Assembly: GCF_017302975.1 (NCBI RefSeq)
Contig: NZ_JAFIMT010000003.1
Reading direction: 5' to 3' (one strand)
Length of the DNA: 64,000 nucleotides
Source: Corallococcus exiguus
GTDB lineage: Bacteria; Myxococcota; Myxococcia; Myxococcales; Myxococcaceae
The translations under genes were made by a program, and so were the position numbers. How positions within the stretch are numbered: the first letter of the stretch is position 1; each line of letters opens with the position of its first letter. The notes beneath the pieces are model-generated. The model did not search any database. It saw only the letters and a list, made by a program, of their open reading frames with translations, and had not been told where the DNA came from. Positions 41,033 to 50,719 of this stretch are shown one piece after another.

Positions 41033-42546
41033 TGCGCTCCCCTGCCCTTGTCGCCCGGCCGGAGGTTTCTTTCGAGGTGATGGACCGGGTGCTGTCCGCG
41101 CTGGGCTGGTTCCTCCAGTCCGAAAGCCAGACGCCTCCGCTCATCCCTGGTGAGCCGGAGTCCGCGGTGTATGTGAAGCGCGGGACGGACTCGGAGATCC
41201 ATTACACGTTCAACCCGGTGCTCCGGCTGCGGGTTCTTGATTTCTCCGGACCTGACGCCGTGGGGGAATGGATGGCCGTGCGCAAGGCGGTGCCGGTGAT
41301 GGAGGCTCCGGCGCTCGCGGCGCTGCTGGCGTCGTCGGAGACGCGGGAGGTTCTGCTGGGGTTGCTGGCCACGGAGGCGCTACGGGAGCGCTCGTCGATG
41401 GAGCGCGTGGCGGCGCTGCGCTTCCATCCGGAGTTCAGCGTGTCGCGGACCGCGGAGCGCGTGCTGGCGTCGCTGGTGCCGGATGGGACGGAGGAGGCGT
41501 TCGCGAGACTGAAAGCGGAGAAGGAGGCGCACCCGGACCGCTCCGTGCTGTTCGCGCACCTGCCGGGGGAGGAGCAGCGGCGGCAGGTGTTGCGCTGGCT
41601 CATCCATGATCAGACGGCGTCGAATCCGGACGTCGACGCGGTGCTGCGCTCCGCGCTGGTGGACGCGGACGCGGAGGTGCGGGTGACGGCGGTGATGGCG
41701 GCGGCCCGGCTCCAGGCGAGGGAGGTGCTGCCGGCGCTGCGCGAAGCTCGGATGCCCATGTCGACGCGGGAGGGCGCGGACCCGAGGGACCGGCAGTTCT
41801 ATTCGAACCTGCGGGACCTGGTGGCCCATGTGCTCGCGGGCCGGCCGCTGCCTCCGGAGGGTTCACCGAAACGCGAGCGGATGGCTCCGCTGCTGCGCGC
41901 GCTGTCGGGTCCCGCGGATGTTCGGGACGATCCCACGCTGCTGTTGCATGCGCTCACGACGCCGGTGGATCCGGGGCCGCGTCCGGTGGGACTGCCCGAA
42001 GCGGTGGTGGAACGGGAAGGCACGTACCGGCTGCACCGCTCCGGGTTGGAGGCGCGCTGGGTGCCTCCGGTGGAGCACTGGCTGGGGACGGGGCCGACGC
42101 TGCGGCGGATGACGTCTCCGGGGTTCTTCGTTGCTCGGGTTCCCGTGAGCCGGGCCGCGGCGGCCTGGGCGATGGCAGCTTCCCAGGGGCCGGTGGGGAC
42201 TGCGGGGCCGGACGCGGAGGAACCACTGCCGTGCACTCTCGTGGAGGCAGAGGAGCTGTGCTCGGCGCTGTCACGCATTGAAGGCGTGGAGCTGCGGCTG
42301 CCTTCCGGTGAGGAATGGGAGATGGCAGCCCGTGGGCCAGATGGGCGGCTGTTCCCGTGGGGCAATTCGATGCGGGACGACGGAGCGACTCGGGCTTCGC
42401 CCTGGGGCGTGGAGAAGCTCGTGGCTTCGCTTCCGCAGTGGGCGCGGGCGGGACTGCTGTGCGGGGGACGGGAACAGCCGCTGTGCGCTTCGCACCGCGA
42501 GGTGCCGACGGGGGTGGGCGCCTTGCGGTGGGTGCTGGCCTCCTGA
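41032..42546 (+). CDS. HEAT-repeat protein with C-terminal FGE-sulfatase (formylglycine-generating-enzyme-like) domain
   Basis: TGATG overlap with the upstream gene; HEAT/PBS-lyase-like repeats (AEVRVTAVMAAARLQAREVLPALREA); RLPSGEEWEMAARGPDGRLFPWGN matches the FGE-sulfatase core. Confidence 0.6.
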   Translation: MRSPALVARPEVSFEVMDRVLSALGWFLQSESQTPPLIPGEPESAVYVKRGTDSEIHYTFNPVLRLRVLDFSGPDAVGEWMAVRKAVPVMEAPALAALLASSETREVLLGLLATEALRERSSMERVAALRFHPEFSVSRTAERVLASLVPDGTEEAFARLKAEKEAHPDRSVLFAHLPGEEQRRQVLRWLIHDQTASNPDVDAVLRSALVDADAEVRVTAVMAAARLQAREVLPALREARMPMSTREGADPRDRQFYSNLRDLVAHVLAGRPLPPEGSPKRERMAPLLRALSGPADVRDDPTLLLHALTTPVDPGPRPVGLPEAVVEREGTYRLHRSGLEARWVPPVEHWLGTGPTLRRMTSPGFFVARVPVSRAAAAWAMAASQGPVGTAGPDAEEPLPCTLVEAEELCSALSRIEGVELRLPSGEEWEMAARGPDGRLFPWGNSMRDDGATRASPWGVEKLVASLPQWARAGLLCGGREQPLCASHREVPTGVGALRWVLAS

Positions 42547-42610
42547 AGCTGACTGGCAGTTCGTCGAGGACGCCGGGGCTGCCGCTCACGAAGCTGGGCC
42601 CCCTGGGATG

Positions 42611-42830
42611 TCGGGGAGTTTCAGGCGGGCGGCCACCTCCGGGGGCGAAGCGCCTCAAACCTGTCCGACTGTCGGACAGGTTTCCCAAGGCCGCAGCCGG
42701 CAGGTCCCCATCCTCCTGATTCGAGGAGTTTCAGGCGGGCGGCCACCTCCGGGGGCGAAGATCCTCAAACCTGTCCGACAGTCGGACAGGTTTCCCGAGG
42801 CCGCGGCCCCTGGGCCCTCTCCCCTCGGAG
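42611..42830. repeat. Tandem direct repeat (2 x about 110 bp), each unit carrying a 27-bp palindrome AAACCTGTCCGAC-N-GTCGGACAGGTTT; lies at the convergence point of two operons
   Basis: GGAGTTTCAGGCGGGCGGCCACCTCCGGGGGCGAAG is identical at 42615-42650 and 42725-42760. Palindromes at 42657-42683 and 42767-42793, with perfect 13-bp arms. Spurious ORFs translating to ..ETCPTVGQV arise from it. Confidence 0.85.
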
Positions 42831-42868
42831 CCACCAGCCACGGTCCTCGTCCGTCGAGTCGGGGCGGG

Positions 42869-43090
42869 CTACTTCTTCGGCATGCGGATGCTGGGGTTCG
42901 CCGTGACTCGGGGGGCGCTCTTCGCCTTGAAGCTGCCACCGGCCGCGGCCTTCATCGTGGGCCCCTTGGCTGTGGCTCCCAGTTGGGCCCGGGCTGTGTC
43001 CGTCTTGGGCTGCTGCGACGGCGCGATGGCCTTGTTCATGGCCGGCTTGCGGTCGGGTGTCTTCCGCGTCTGGGACGTCATTGTCTTCAT
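42869..43090 (-). CDS. Small basic protein (73 aa)
   Basis: Lys/Ala-rich; start overlaps the upstream gene stop (ATGA) in the coupled minus-strand operon. Confidence 0.4.
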   Translation of the reverse strand: MKTMTSQTRKTPDRKPAMNKAIAPSQQPKTDTARAQLGATAKGPTMKAAAGGSFKAKSAPRVTANPSIRMPKK

Positions 43091-43818
43091 GGGTTGCCTC
43101 CGGGAATGCGTCCGGCGGGGATGCCTTCCAGCTTGAGCGACACACCGGGCTGCGCTGGGACTTCCAGGTCCACCAGGCCCCCAGCGCCAGTGAGGTGCAC
43201 GTCCGGGCCGATCTCCAGACGGCAGCCCACGGCCGGACGTCCCGCGTGGTCCTGGACCAGAAGCCTGCGCCGGTCGTCGCTCACCACCACCGACGGGCGC
43301 CTCAATGTGATCTGCGCCTGCGCGATGAGCACGCAGCGCTGACCCTTCACGCTCGCTCGGACCTGGGCGCGGACCCGGGCGACTCCGGGTGTCTTGTCTT
43401 CGGGAGGTCTGGCGAGGAGCGTGGCCGTGGCCGAGGGTGGACCTGGGAGGACCGCGCCTTCCCAGACCGCTTCGAACCCTTCGTCCAATCCCACCGCCGC
43501 GAGCGACAACGGCACGCGGATGGGCTCCGCGCCCAGCCAGAGTTCGTCTGGCGCGACGATGGCCACTTCGGGCTCCAGTTGGACTTCGGCGATCCAGGAC
43601 CAGCGCTCGGTGATCAGGTCCGCGAGCCAGCCGGCTTCTTCTGGCGACATGCGTGTCAGTGCCTGCTCCACGTGCGCCTGGTCCGCCAGTCGTTGGAGCG
43701 CCGCGGCGCCGTCCTTGAACCTGGCGTTCTCCAATAGGCCGTCGAGCTGGCCCGGAAGCTGTTTCGCGAGGGAGCGCAGCAGGTGGCCCAGTCGCTGTCT
43801 TGGAGGAAGTGCGTTCAT
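43087..43818 (-). CDS. Hypothetical protein (tail-like operon)
   Basis: Start MNALPPRQ at 43818 with ATGA overlap to the upstream stop 43815; the 5' extension shown in the ORF track is not coding-like. Confidence 0.5.
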   Translation of the reverse strand: MNALPPRQRLGHLLRSLAKQLPGQLDGLLENARFKDGAAALQRLADQAHVEQALTRMSPEEAGWLADLITERWSWIAEVQLEPEVAIVAPDELWLGAEPIRVPLSLAAVGLDEGFEAVWEGAVLPGPPSATATLLARPPEDKTPGVARVRAQVRASVKGQRCVLIAQAQITLRRPSVVVSDDRRRLLVQDHAGRPAVGCRLEIGPDVHLTGAGGLVDLEVPAQPGVSLKLEGIPAGRIPGGNP

Positions 43819-45020
43819 CCTCGCCTCCTCCACAGCGAACGGCCGACCATCCGGCGCCGCAGTCGCTGTTCTGCTTGATGGAGCGCTTCGGCGTCTCTCG
43901 CCGTGAGGCGACGGCCGTTCACAAAGTAGGCCCGTGCGCTGGTTTCCATTGGGTGTTCCGGGGCTTCTTCCCACACGGGTTCTTCGTCCGAGACTTCGGG
44001 GCGTGGCGGTGCCTGGACTCGCGGCGGAGGAAGCAACGTCTTCACTTCGATGTGCACCGGGCCTGGTGCTGTGTGCCTCGTGGCCGGCGATGGGGAGCGG
44101 CTGGATTCGCCCCGTTCCTCCGATTGGGAAGGATGCGGAGTCAGTGACTCAGGTCTGTCGTGACGACGGAGCCCGAGTTCCTCCTGGAACGGGGGGGCCC
44201 TTCGTGTCTCCCGTGCCGGCAGTCGGTCCAGGGCTCGGGGTGTCCGGCTCCTCCGTAGCGATGCCCGTACAGGCGTCTCCGTTTGTTGCACTGGAGGAGC
44301 CTGTGGTGGCGCTTGGGTGGTGGCTCGCGCGACGCGATGGCGGCGTGTTGGGGACTCCGGGACCCGTGCGCTGATCCGTGGGGGTTCGGCGTTCCTCTCC
44401 ACGGCGGGTCTCGGCGCCCGGCTCCTTCGCGGACCTGGAGCCTTCACGCGTGCTTCGACGGTGAGAGGGACCTCAAGGGCCTTCTGGCTTTCAGGTTCGG
44501 GCCGGTCACCTCGTTGTGGAGGGATATCCCCGCCCTCGGTGCGAGGACGACGTGGTCGTGGCTCCGCGACCTCCGTCTGAAACTCCGGGGCTTTGGGGAC
44601 AACGGGGAGCGCGAGCGTTTGAGGCAGTCGCCCGTCTGGGCTTCGGGCCACGGGTTCGACCGGTGACCTTGGTTCCTGGAGCTGTGCCGACGTGCCGACA
44701 GGCCGGGGAACGCGACGGCGAATGGGGGCGATGGGTTCCGTCACGGTCGGGACTTCGACTCGCGCAGGAAGCACCGATGGAGTCACATCGCCAGGCTCCA
44801 TGAGCCCCATGGCCCTGGGGCCCGACGGGAGCGACGCGGTCTTCACCGCGCGGCCTGGCTCCCCTTCCCGCCTTCGCGCACCCGGCGTTGGGAGGGACGG
44901 TGGCAGCGGTGGATCCACCTTGAAGTCTCCGCGCTCTCCCCGCTCCAGGGGATGGAGCACCCGGTCCAGTTCCGCGAGCAGAGCGGCCACCGCGAAGAGG
45001 TCATCTCTGGCGTCGCTCAT
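43815..45020 (-). CDS. Pro/Arg/Glu-rich low-complexity protein (about 401 aa)
   Basis: Start MSDARDD at 45020, ATGA-coupled to the upstream stop 45017; long Pro-rich disordered region; short conserved-looking C-terminus (YFVNGRRLTARDAEAL). Confidence 0.5.
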   Translation of the reverse strand: MSDARDDLFAVAALLAELDRVLHPLERGERGDFKVDPPLPPSLPTPGARRREGEPGRAVKTASLPSGPRAMGLMEPGDVTPSVLPARVEVPTVTEPIAPIRRRVPRPVGTSAQLQEPRSPVEPVARSPDGRLPQTLALPVVPKAPEFQTEVAEPRPRRPRTEGGDIPPQRGDRPEPESQKALEVPLTVEARVKAPGPRRSRAPRPAVERNAEPPRISARVPESPTRRHRVARATTQAPPQAPPVQQTETPVRASLRRSRTPRALDRLPARETRRAPPFQEELGLRRHDRPESLTPHPSQSEERGESSRSPSPATRHTAPGPVHIEVKTLLPPPRVQAPPRPEVSDEEPVWEEAPEHPMETSARAYFVNGRRLTARDAEALHQAEQRLRRRMVGRSLWRRRG

Positions 45021-47179
45021 GTCGGCACTCCCAGCCAGGACTTGAGGACCGTGGTCGCGGCCCTCAGCTCCGGGTCCCTCAACACCGTCTTCGTTACGCC
45101 GCCGTCCTGCACCGTGAGGTTCGCCGTGCCTGAATCCAGCTCGATGGGGAGCATGACTCCCGTGGCGAGGCTCGGGCCTCCGAAGCCCTTGAAGTCGCGC
45201 CGCAGCGTCACGTCGCGCACCAGCGCCTTGGGCATCTGCAGGTCGCGCAGCGTGATGACCACGACCTCCTCGTCGTCCTCGCAGCACAGGGGCGTGGGCG
45301 TCGTTGTCACCTCGTCGTCCGCCCGGGCCGCCGCGCCTGTGCGCACGTCCACCGTGTCCACGGTGGCCACGCCCTGCCACCACGTTCCTTCGTCGTCCGC
45401 TCCACGCACGAGCAACAGCTCCCCCGGCCTTGCGACCTGCACCGGTTTGCTCGAGCCAGATGTGCTCGTCAGCGGGATGCCATCCAGGAACAGTCGCGTC
45501 GCGCCGACCTCCACCGGCGGCAGCAACTTGAACGTCTGGCCTGGATACGGCGCGGCCACCGATGCCGGCACCAGCCCCAGCGCGCCACCGCCCTGGCCCA
45601 GGATCAGGCTCAGCTTCGCGCCCAGGGCGATGATCTCCTGCACCACCCCGTCCGCCTGCGGACCCGCCGCCGCGTGCCCATCCATCAACTCCTGCGTGGA
45701 GATGGACACCGCGCTTCCACTCACGGGCGAGCCACTCCTCACCAGCCCGGCGACACCCGGCAGCTTCGCGTCCGTCGCGATGGACACATTCAGCGGTGCG
45801 ATTCGCAGGCGCTTCTCGGCTCCTTTCACCTCCCAGCCCAGCACCAGCGCCAGCGTGGGCCGGTCTCCTCCCACGTTCGCCACATGTCCCGGCTGCACCT
45901 GCCCCAGGTCCACCGTGGGCGTCACCGACAACGCCGTCGCCTGCGTGAGCGTGTCCTTCACCAGTGCCACCGGTCCCACCAGCGGGATTCCCGTGGACTG
46001 TCCAGCGAGCACTCGCGTCAGGCTGTCGCAGAATGGTTTCAGCACGAGCTTCAGTAGCGGTGCCAGCGCGGCCCGATTGCGTACATCGAACCAGCGCTGA
46101 CGGAACACCCAGTGGAAGCGCAGCGACCATTCCAATGTCCGGAGCATCCGCAGCGACCCGTCCGGATATGCCAGCCGCGACGCCACCGCCTCGTCCATTC
46201 CCTTCCCTCCCTCGATGTCCAACGTCGTCAGCTCGTTGGACAGCTGGCCGGGGATGCCCGGTGAATCCGCCCTCCTCAGCGTGGTCTTCAACGACGCCAG
46301 CCCTGTCACGGACGCAGTCACGGTGCGTGGCGGCTGGAGCGCCGTGGCCACCGCGCCGTAGTCCGTCGCCGACGCCTGAAGTGAATCCGCCGCGCGTTGG
46401 AGCGCATCCGTCAGCTCAGGGGCCGCGCCCTGCTCCTCCAACGTGGCCTTCGCCTGGAGCAGCACGTTCCGGTCCGACAGGCACTCGCCCTGGCGGGTTG
46501 AGGCCCCGGACGCCACCGGGTCGAAGGCGCTGGACGCCGACGAGACGCTCAGCCCATCCAGCACGCTGCTCAGGGACACCGTCTCCGATGTCGTCTTCAG
46601 CTCCGCCCGCCTCGTGGCGCGCAGGCCCGTCCAGGTCCCCAGCTCCGCGACGCCGCTCTCCGCCGCATCCTTCCGCTGGTCCGTGGTGAACAGCCCCGCG
46701 TCGATGGCGTCCTCGACGGTGCCGCTCGCCGACAGGGGCCCGAAGTCATACGTGGGCACCCGCACCGCCACTTCGCCGCCGTGCTTCTCGTCGCGGAAGG
46801 CGAACAGCGTCACCGTTCCCGCGAGCAATGCCGCACCCGTGAGCTTCCCGTCTCCATCCGCTCCGATGGTGCCCACCGCGAACTCCAGCTCCTCCACGCC
46901 CGGCAGCCGGCTCTCACTCCCCACGAGCGAACCGACGGACACATTCGGCAGTCCTTCTCCCCGAGGCGCGGCGGCCAGGGCTGGCGCGAGCGCGATGCCC
47001 ACCGCGCGACGACGGGCCCGCTCGATGACGTTGAACACGGGTAGGAGCGCGCATACCGTCTGGACCTGTGGCGCGTCCTGATCCGCCACGCCGTCCATGC
47101 GGTCCAGGAACGCCTCCAGCTGCTTCCAGGCCGCTGTCCAGCCATCCAGCTCCGCGCTCAGGCGTGTCACCGCGCTCAC
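45017..47179 (-). CDS. Hypothetical protein (720 aa), tail-like operon
   Basis: High GC3; ATGA coupling at both ends (47179/47176 and 45020/45017). Confidence 0.55.
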   Translation of the reverse strand: MSAVTRLSAELDGWTAAWKQLEAFLDRMDGVADQDAPQVQTVCALLPVFNVIERARRRAVGIALAPALAAAPRGEGLPNVSVGSLVGSESRLPGVEELEFAVGTIGADGDGKLTGAALLAGTVTLFAFRDEKHGGEVAVRVPTYDFGPLSASGTVEDAIDAGLFTTDQRKDAAESGVAELGTWTGLRATRRAELKTTSETVSLSSVLDGLSVSSASSAFDPVASGASTRQGECLSDRNVLLQAKATLEEQGAAPELTDALQRAADSLQASATDYGAVATALQPPRTVTASVTGLASLKTTLRRADSPGIPGQLSNELTTLDIEGGKGMDEAVASRLAYPDGSLRMLRTLEWSLRFHWVFRQRWFDVRNRAALAPLLKLVLKPFCDSLTRVLAGQSTGIPLVGPVALVKDTLTQATALSVTPTVDLGQVQPGHVANVGGDRPTLALVLGWEVKGAEKRLRIAPLNVSIATDAKLPGVAGLVRSGSPVSGSAVSISTQELMDGHAAAGPQADGVVQEIIALGAKLSLILGQGGGALGLVPASVAAPYPGQTFKLLPPVEVGATRLFLDGIPLTSTSGSSKPVQVARPGELLLVRGADDEGTWWQGVATVDTVDVRTGAAARADDEVTTTPTPLCCEDDEEVVVITLRDLQMPKALVRDVTLRRDFKGFGGPSLATGVMLPIELDSGTANLTVQDGGVTKTVLRDPELRAATTVLKSWLGVPT

Positions 47180-48786
47180 AGTCCGTTTCCCTTCTTCGGC
47201 GTGCCGGGTGGCGGAGTGGACGTGTCAGCCGCGGGGGGCTGCGGACCCGGCGGACGTTCGGACGCACCTGGACCTCCGAAGCCCATGGCCAGCGAGCGCC
47301 CTCCCCGGCGCTGGGCGTGCTTCGTGGACGCCATGCCCTCCAGGATCTCCTTCTGCTCCTCCACGTGCTCCTTCGACTGGTCCAGCACCTCCACCAGCGT
47401 GGAGCGGCTCCGCTCGGCGGCGGCCTTCAGTTCGTCCGGCGTGCGCCCCACCGCCTTCACGAACCTCTCGGGCGCCTTCTCCACCGCCTTCACGAACTTG
47501 TCGGCCTGCTTCTGGGCCGTTGTCTTCAGGTTGCCCCAGGCGTCCTTCACCTCGTCCCCACTCGCATCCAGCACCTGCGCGGCCTCGCTTTCCAGCAGGG
47601 CCTTCTTCACGTCCTGGAGCGTGAGGTCTCCCGATGCCAGCTCCATCGCGGCGGACAGGCCCAGCAGCTCCCAGAGCATCGCGGCCTTCGCCAGGTTGGG
47701 CCCCGCCGCCAGCAGGCAGATGCCTCCCACGTAGCCTCCCGGAGGCCGGTTCGTCGCCGTGAGGAAGGCCTGCTTCAGCCCCGCCACTCCTCCCGTCGTG
47801 GACACCGGCAGCGCGTACATGCCCGCGGACTTGAGCGCATTCAGCAGGTCGATGATGGCTTGCACCGCCTGCGCCAGCTTCATCAACACCTGCACCTTGT
47901 CCTGCATCGCGGCGGCGAGACTCCGGAGCAGCGTCGCCAGGTTGTCCACCGACAGGAGCAGCGCCCTCAGCGCCTCCGGGAGAATGAGCAGCTTCTCCAT
48001 GTCCGGGAACAGGTCGCGCATGCGCGCGGACTTCCAGTCCGGCTTCACCGATCGGCCTCGCGCCCGGCTGCGGCGTGGATCCAACGCGCCCTTCGGGTAC
48101 TTCTCGAACGCTTTCTTGAACGCGCTGATGTTGATCAGCTTTCCCAGCAGGTACAGCGCCTGCCGGAGCGCATCCAGCGAAGGCGCCGCCATCACGATGA
48201 ACACCGCCTGCACCGGCGCGCCGTCCGTCACCGTCGGGCGCGAGTCGTCCCCCGGATCATCGAAGGACGCGACGAACCGCCCCGCCCAGCGCGCGAAGCC
48301 GTCCGGCGTCACCGGCGGACGCTCCAGCGCGAAGCCCGCCTTGAAGTCCTTGGGGATGTTCGGGATGAAGCCCGTCTCCGCCAGGTTCGTCTCCGTGGGC
48401 CCGATGCCCGGCGCGTCCGCGTAGAGGTACGCGCCCGCGTTGAGCAGGTCGTTGATGATGTCCTTGAGCAGCTCATAGGCCGCGAGGATGAGCGCGCGGA
48501 ACGGATCCGGCAGCCCCAGGAGGATGGCCGCCAGCGCCTGGAGCAGCGCCTGCACGAACTGGAGCACCGCGATGATGATCTGCAGCGGCGGCTTGACGAT
48601 GCCCACCAGCTGCTCCAGCCCCGGCGGCACACCGATCAGCAGCGGACGCCACGCGGGCCCGGCCCCGGCGTCAGCGCCGGTGGCGTCCGTGCCTTCCGCA
48701 TCCTCCAATGCCTTCGCCAGGTCCTCGCAGCAGGCCTCCAGCGCGCCGTGGAGCTCAGCGATAGCGGCGTCGTTGAACTCGGCCAC
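47176..48786 (-). CDS. Hypothetical protein (536 aa) with hydrophobic helical segment
   Basis: Coding-like frame; hydrophobic stretch LQIIIAVLQFVQALLQALAAILLGL; Lys/Glu-rich C-terminus. Confidence 0.5.
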   Translation of the reverse strand: MAEFNDAAIAELHGALEACCEDLAKALEDAEGTDATGADAGAGPAWRPLLIGVPPGLEQLVGIVKPPLQIIIAVLQFVQALLQALAAILLGLPDPFRALILAAYELLKDIINDLLNAGAYLYADAPGIGPTETNLAETGFIPNIPKDFKAGFALERPPVTPDGFARWAGRFVASFDDPGDDSRPTVTDGAPVQAVFIVMAAPSLDALRQALYLLGKLINISAFKKAFEKYPKGALDPRRSRARGRSVKPDWKSARMRDLFPDMEKLLILPEALRALLLSVDNLATLLRSLAAAMQDKVQVLMKLAQAVQAIIDLLNALKSAGMYALPVSTTGGVAGLKQAFLTATNRPPGGYVGGICLLAAGPNLAKAAMLWELLGLSAAMELASGDLTLQDVKKALLESEAAQVLDASGDEVKDAWGNLKTTAQKQADKFVKAVEKAPERFVKAVGRTPDELKAAAERSRSTLVEVLDQSKEHVEEQKEILEGMASTKHAQRRGGRSLAMGFGGPGASERPPGPQPPAADTSTPPPGTPKKGNGL

Positions 48787-48949
48787 GCGCGTCCTCCCGG
48801 GTGCGTTGTTCCAGCTCCATCAGCTTCTCCAGCCGCTCGGCGTCCTGGGCCACGCCCACCGCCGCCGCCTGGAGCAGCAGGGCCTTCACCTCCTCCAGCC
48901 GCTCGCGCAGCACCGAGGCTTCCAGGGGCTTCCAGTCAGGAGCCTTCAT
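48755..48949 (-). CDS. Possible small protein (64 aa)
   Basis: Begins 4 nt after the spike gene stop; overlaps the next gene by 32 nt; may be spurious. Confidence 0.25.
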   Translation of the reverse strand: MKAPDWKPLEASVLRERLEEVKALLLQAAAVGVAQDAERLEKLMELEQRTREDARGRVQRRRYR

Positions 48950-48953
48950 CGCG

Positions 48954-50141
48954 TCACCCCACCGGCATGCGCTTGACGAAGCCGAAGTAGGACCAGTCCA
49001 GCATCGGCGTCATCGCCGCCCAGACATCCAGGAGCGGCCCGTACGCGGCCACCGTCATCGGGTTCACCGCCTTGAGGATCTGCGCCAGCATCGTGAAGTG
49101 GATGGCCAGCCCGTCCCCCAACACCATGGGCGAGATGGCGGTGAGGCCTCCCATCTGGCACACGCCCAGCATCGTGTTGATGGATACGTTGCCCGCCAGC
49201 GCGTCGATGGAGACAGCGTTGAGCGACGGGCCCGGCATGTCCGGCATCGCCGCGGCCACCTTCACCGCCTTGCCCGCCGCGAGGTTCACGTTGCCGCCGG
49301 ACGTGACGCCGTAGCCCCCCACCGCTGTCTCCTGCGACGCGCCGGAGACGATGCGCGTGTGGCTGCCCTGGATGCGGTCCTCGCGCGGGCCGCCGACGAT
49401 CTCCTTCAGGCCGCTGCCCCCCACCGTGCGCGAGTAGCCCGCTACGTCCACCTTCTCTGTCAGCGACCCCGTCACGTGCAGCGACACGTCCCCGCCCACG
49501 TCGCGGGTGTGGCTGCCGTCCACCGTCTCGTCCTGCGTGCCCGCCACCTCCAGGTGGTCGTCGCCGTCCACCTCCGCGGAGCGGTTGCCCTCGTTCACCG
49601 TGCGCTCGTTGCTGATGAGCCGGTCCAGCCCTTCCGCGGACAGGATGACGCGGTTGCCCTGCCGGTCGTGGATCTCCACGCGCGCGGTCTCCGGCCGGTC
49701 GTCCAGGACGATGTAGTGGCCCGTGGCGGACTTGAGCATCCGCACGCCCGGCACCGCGGACTGGGGCGGATAGTCGTGCTTGGGAATCTCGCTGACGTCC
49801 GGGGCCACTCGCGCGGTGGAGTCCGGTTGGCCCAGGTCCGCGAGCGAGGGCTGCCCCCACCACATGCCGCTCCAGATGGGTTGGGACAGGTCTCCGCCCT
49901 CGAACTCCACCCAGACGCCCGCGCCCACGTCCGGCACCACGAAGAGGCCTTGATCCGGTCCCGCGTAGGGCGTGCACGGCATGGCCCAGCCCGTGGCCAC
50001 GTCTCCCATCAGGCGCGGCACCACGCACTGGATGCGCCCCAGGTTGAGCGGGTCCGAGACGTTCGTCACGTAGCCCCGGTACTTGCCGAAGTAGCGGCTC
50101 TCCGTGCGTTCGATGAGCTGCTGCAGCAGTTGTTCGATCAT
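48954..50141 (-). CDS. Phage baseplate spike protein, gpV/VgrG-like (OB-fold N-terminus plus beta-helical C-terminal region)
   Basis: YRGYVTNVSDPLNLGRIQCVVPRLMGDVATGWAMPCTPYAGPDQGLFVVPDVGAGVWVEFEGGDLSQPIWSGMWW parallels the P2 gpV / gp5 N-terminal OB domain; downstream repeats (xTVxxG) resemble spike beta-helix repeats. Confidence 0.6.
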   Translation of the reverse strand: MIEQLLQQLIERTESRYFGKYRGYVTNVSDPLNLGRIQCVVPRLMGDVATGWAMPCTPYAGPDQGLFVVPDVGAGVWVEFEGGDLSQPIWSGMWWGQPSLADLGQPDSTARVAPDVSEIPKHDYPPQSAVPGVRMLKSATGHYIVLDDRPETARVEIHDRQGNRVILSAEGLDRLISNERTVNEGNRSAEVDGDDHLEVAGTQDETVDGSHTRDVGGDVSLHVTGSLTEKVDVAGYSRTVGGSGLKEIVGGPREDRIQGSHTRIVSGASQETAVGGYGVTSGGNVNLAAGKAVKVAAAMPDMPGPSLNAVSIDALAGNVSINTMLGVCQMGGLTAISPMVLGDGLAIHFTMLAQILKAVNPMTVAAYGPLLDVWAAMTPMLDWSYFGFVKRMPVG

Positions 50142-50350
50142 CGCGCGCTCCCCAGGTCGTCGTCCTCGTCGTACTGGCGCACGCCGGAGACGTCCGACAG
50201 GTTGATGTAGACGGGTGTGGCGCCATCCGGCCCGGTGAGGTGGACGACGTCGTCGATGAGCTCCACCACCAGGCCCACGTACACCTGGCCCAACGTGGTG
50301 AAGAGGTAGCAGCGCTGCCCCATGCTGGCTTCGAGCAGCTTGCGCATCAC
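50138..50350 (-). CDS. Small protein (70 aa), tail-like operon
   Basis: ATGA overlaps at both ends (50350/50347 and 50141/50138) support translation. Confidence 0.4.
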   Translation of the reverse strand: MMRKLLEASMGQRCYLFTTLGQVYVGLVVELIDDVVHLTGPDGATPVYINLSDVSGVRQYDEDDDLGSAR

Positions 50351-50691
50351 TCCTCCAGCTTCTGCACCAGCCGCGTGGCCAGCTTCACGCGCGTGTCCAC
50401 CCAGACGCCCACGTCGCGCTGACGCTCGGAGGCGAGCCTGCGGCGCGCGGCGCGAACCAGGTCCTGGAGCGTCACGGGCACCGTGGGCACCGGCGGCAGT
50501 CGGGAGATGCGCACGTCCAGCGCCCGGAGCACGGAGGTGTCCAGGTCCAGCTTCGCGCGCGTGCCGGCCAGGTTCTCCAGCGTCGCGGCCTTCGCGTCGG
50601 GCGCGTCCGGCGTGGCGGAGAGGGAGACCTCGGGCAGCGCCGTGCGCTGGAGGGCGACACGGCCACTGAGGGCGAAGGGGTCGGGCATGGG
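50347..50691 (-). CDS. Small protein (about 115 aa) immediately after the fibre-like gene; position analogous to a fibre-assembly chaperone
   Basis: Start MPDPFAL at 50691, 28 nt after the giant-gene stop 50720; the upstream ORF-track extension overlaps the giant gene. Confidence 0.4.
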   Translation of the reverse strand, partial: PMPDPFALSGRVALQRTALPEVSLSATPDAPDAKAATLENLAGTRAKLDLDTSVLRALDVRISRLPPVPTVPVTLQDLVRAARRRLASERQRDVGVWVDTRVKLATRLVQKLEE

Positions 50692-50719
50692 GGTGTCCTC
50701 GCGAAAGGGACTTCCAGCG

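Noticed and set aside
45021-46130. 5' extension of the Pro-rich protein ORF (43815..46130)
   Set aside because: Overlaps the 720-aa gene in another frame; Gly/Arg-rich; the coupled start at 45020 is preferred.
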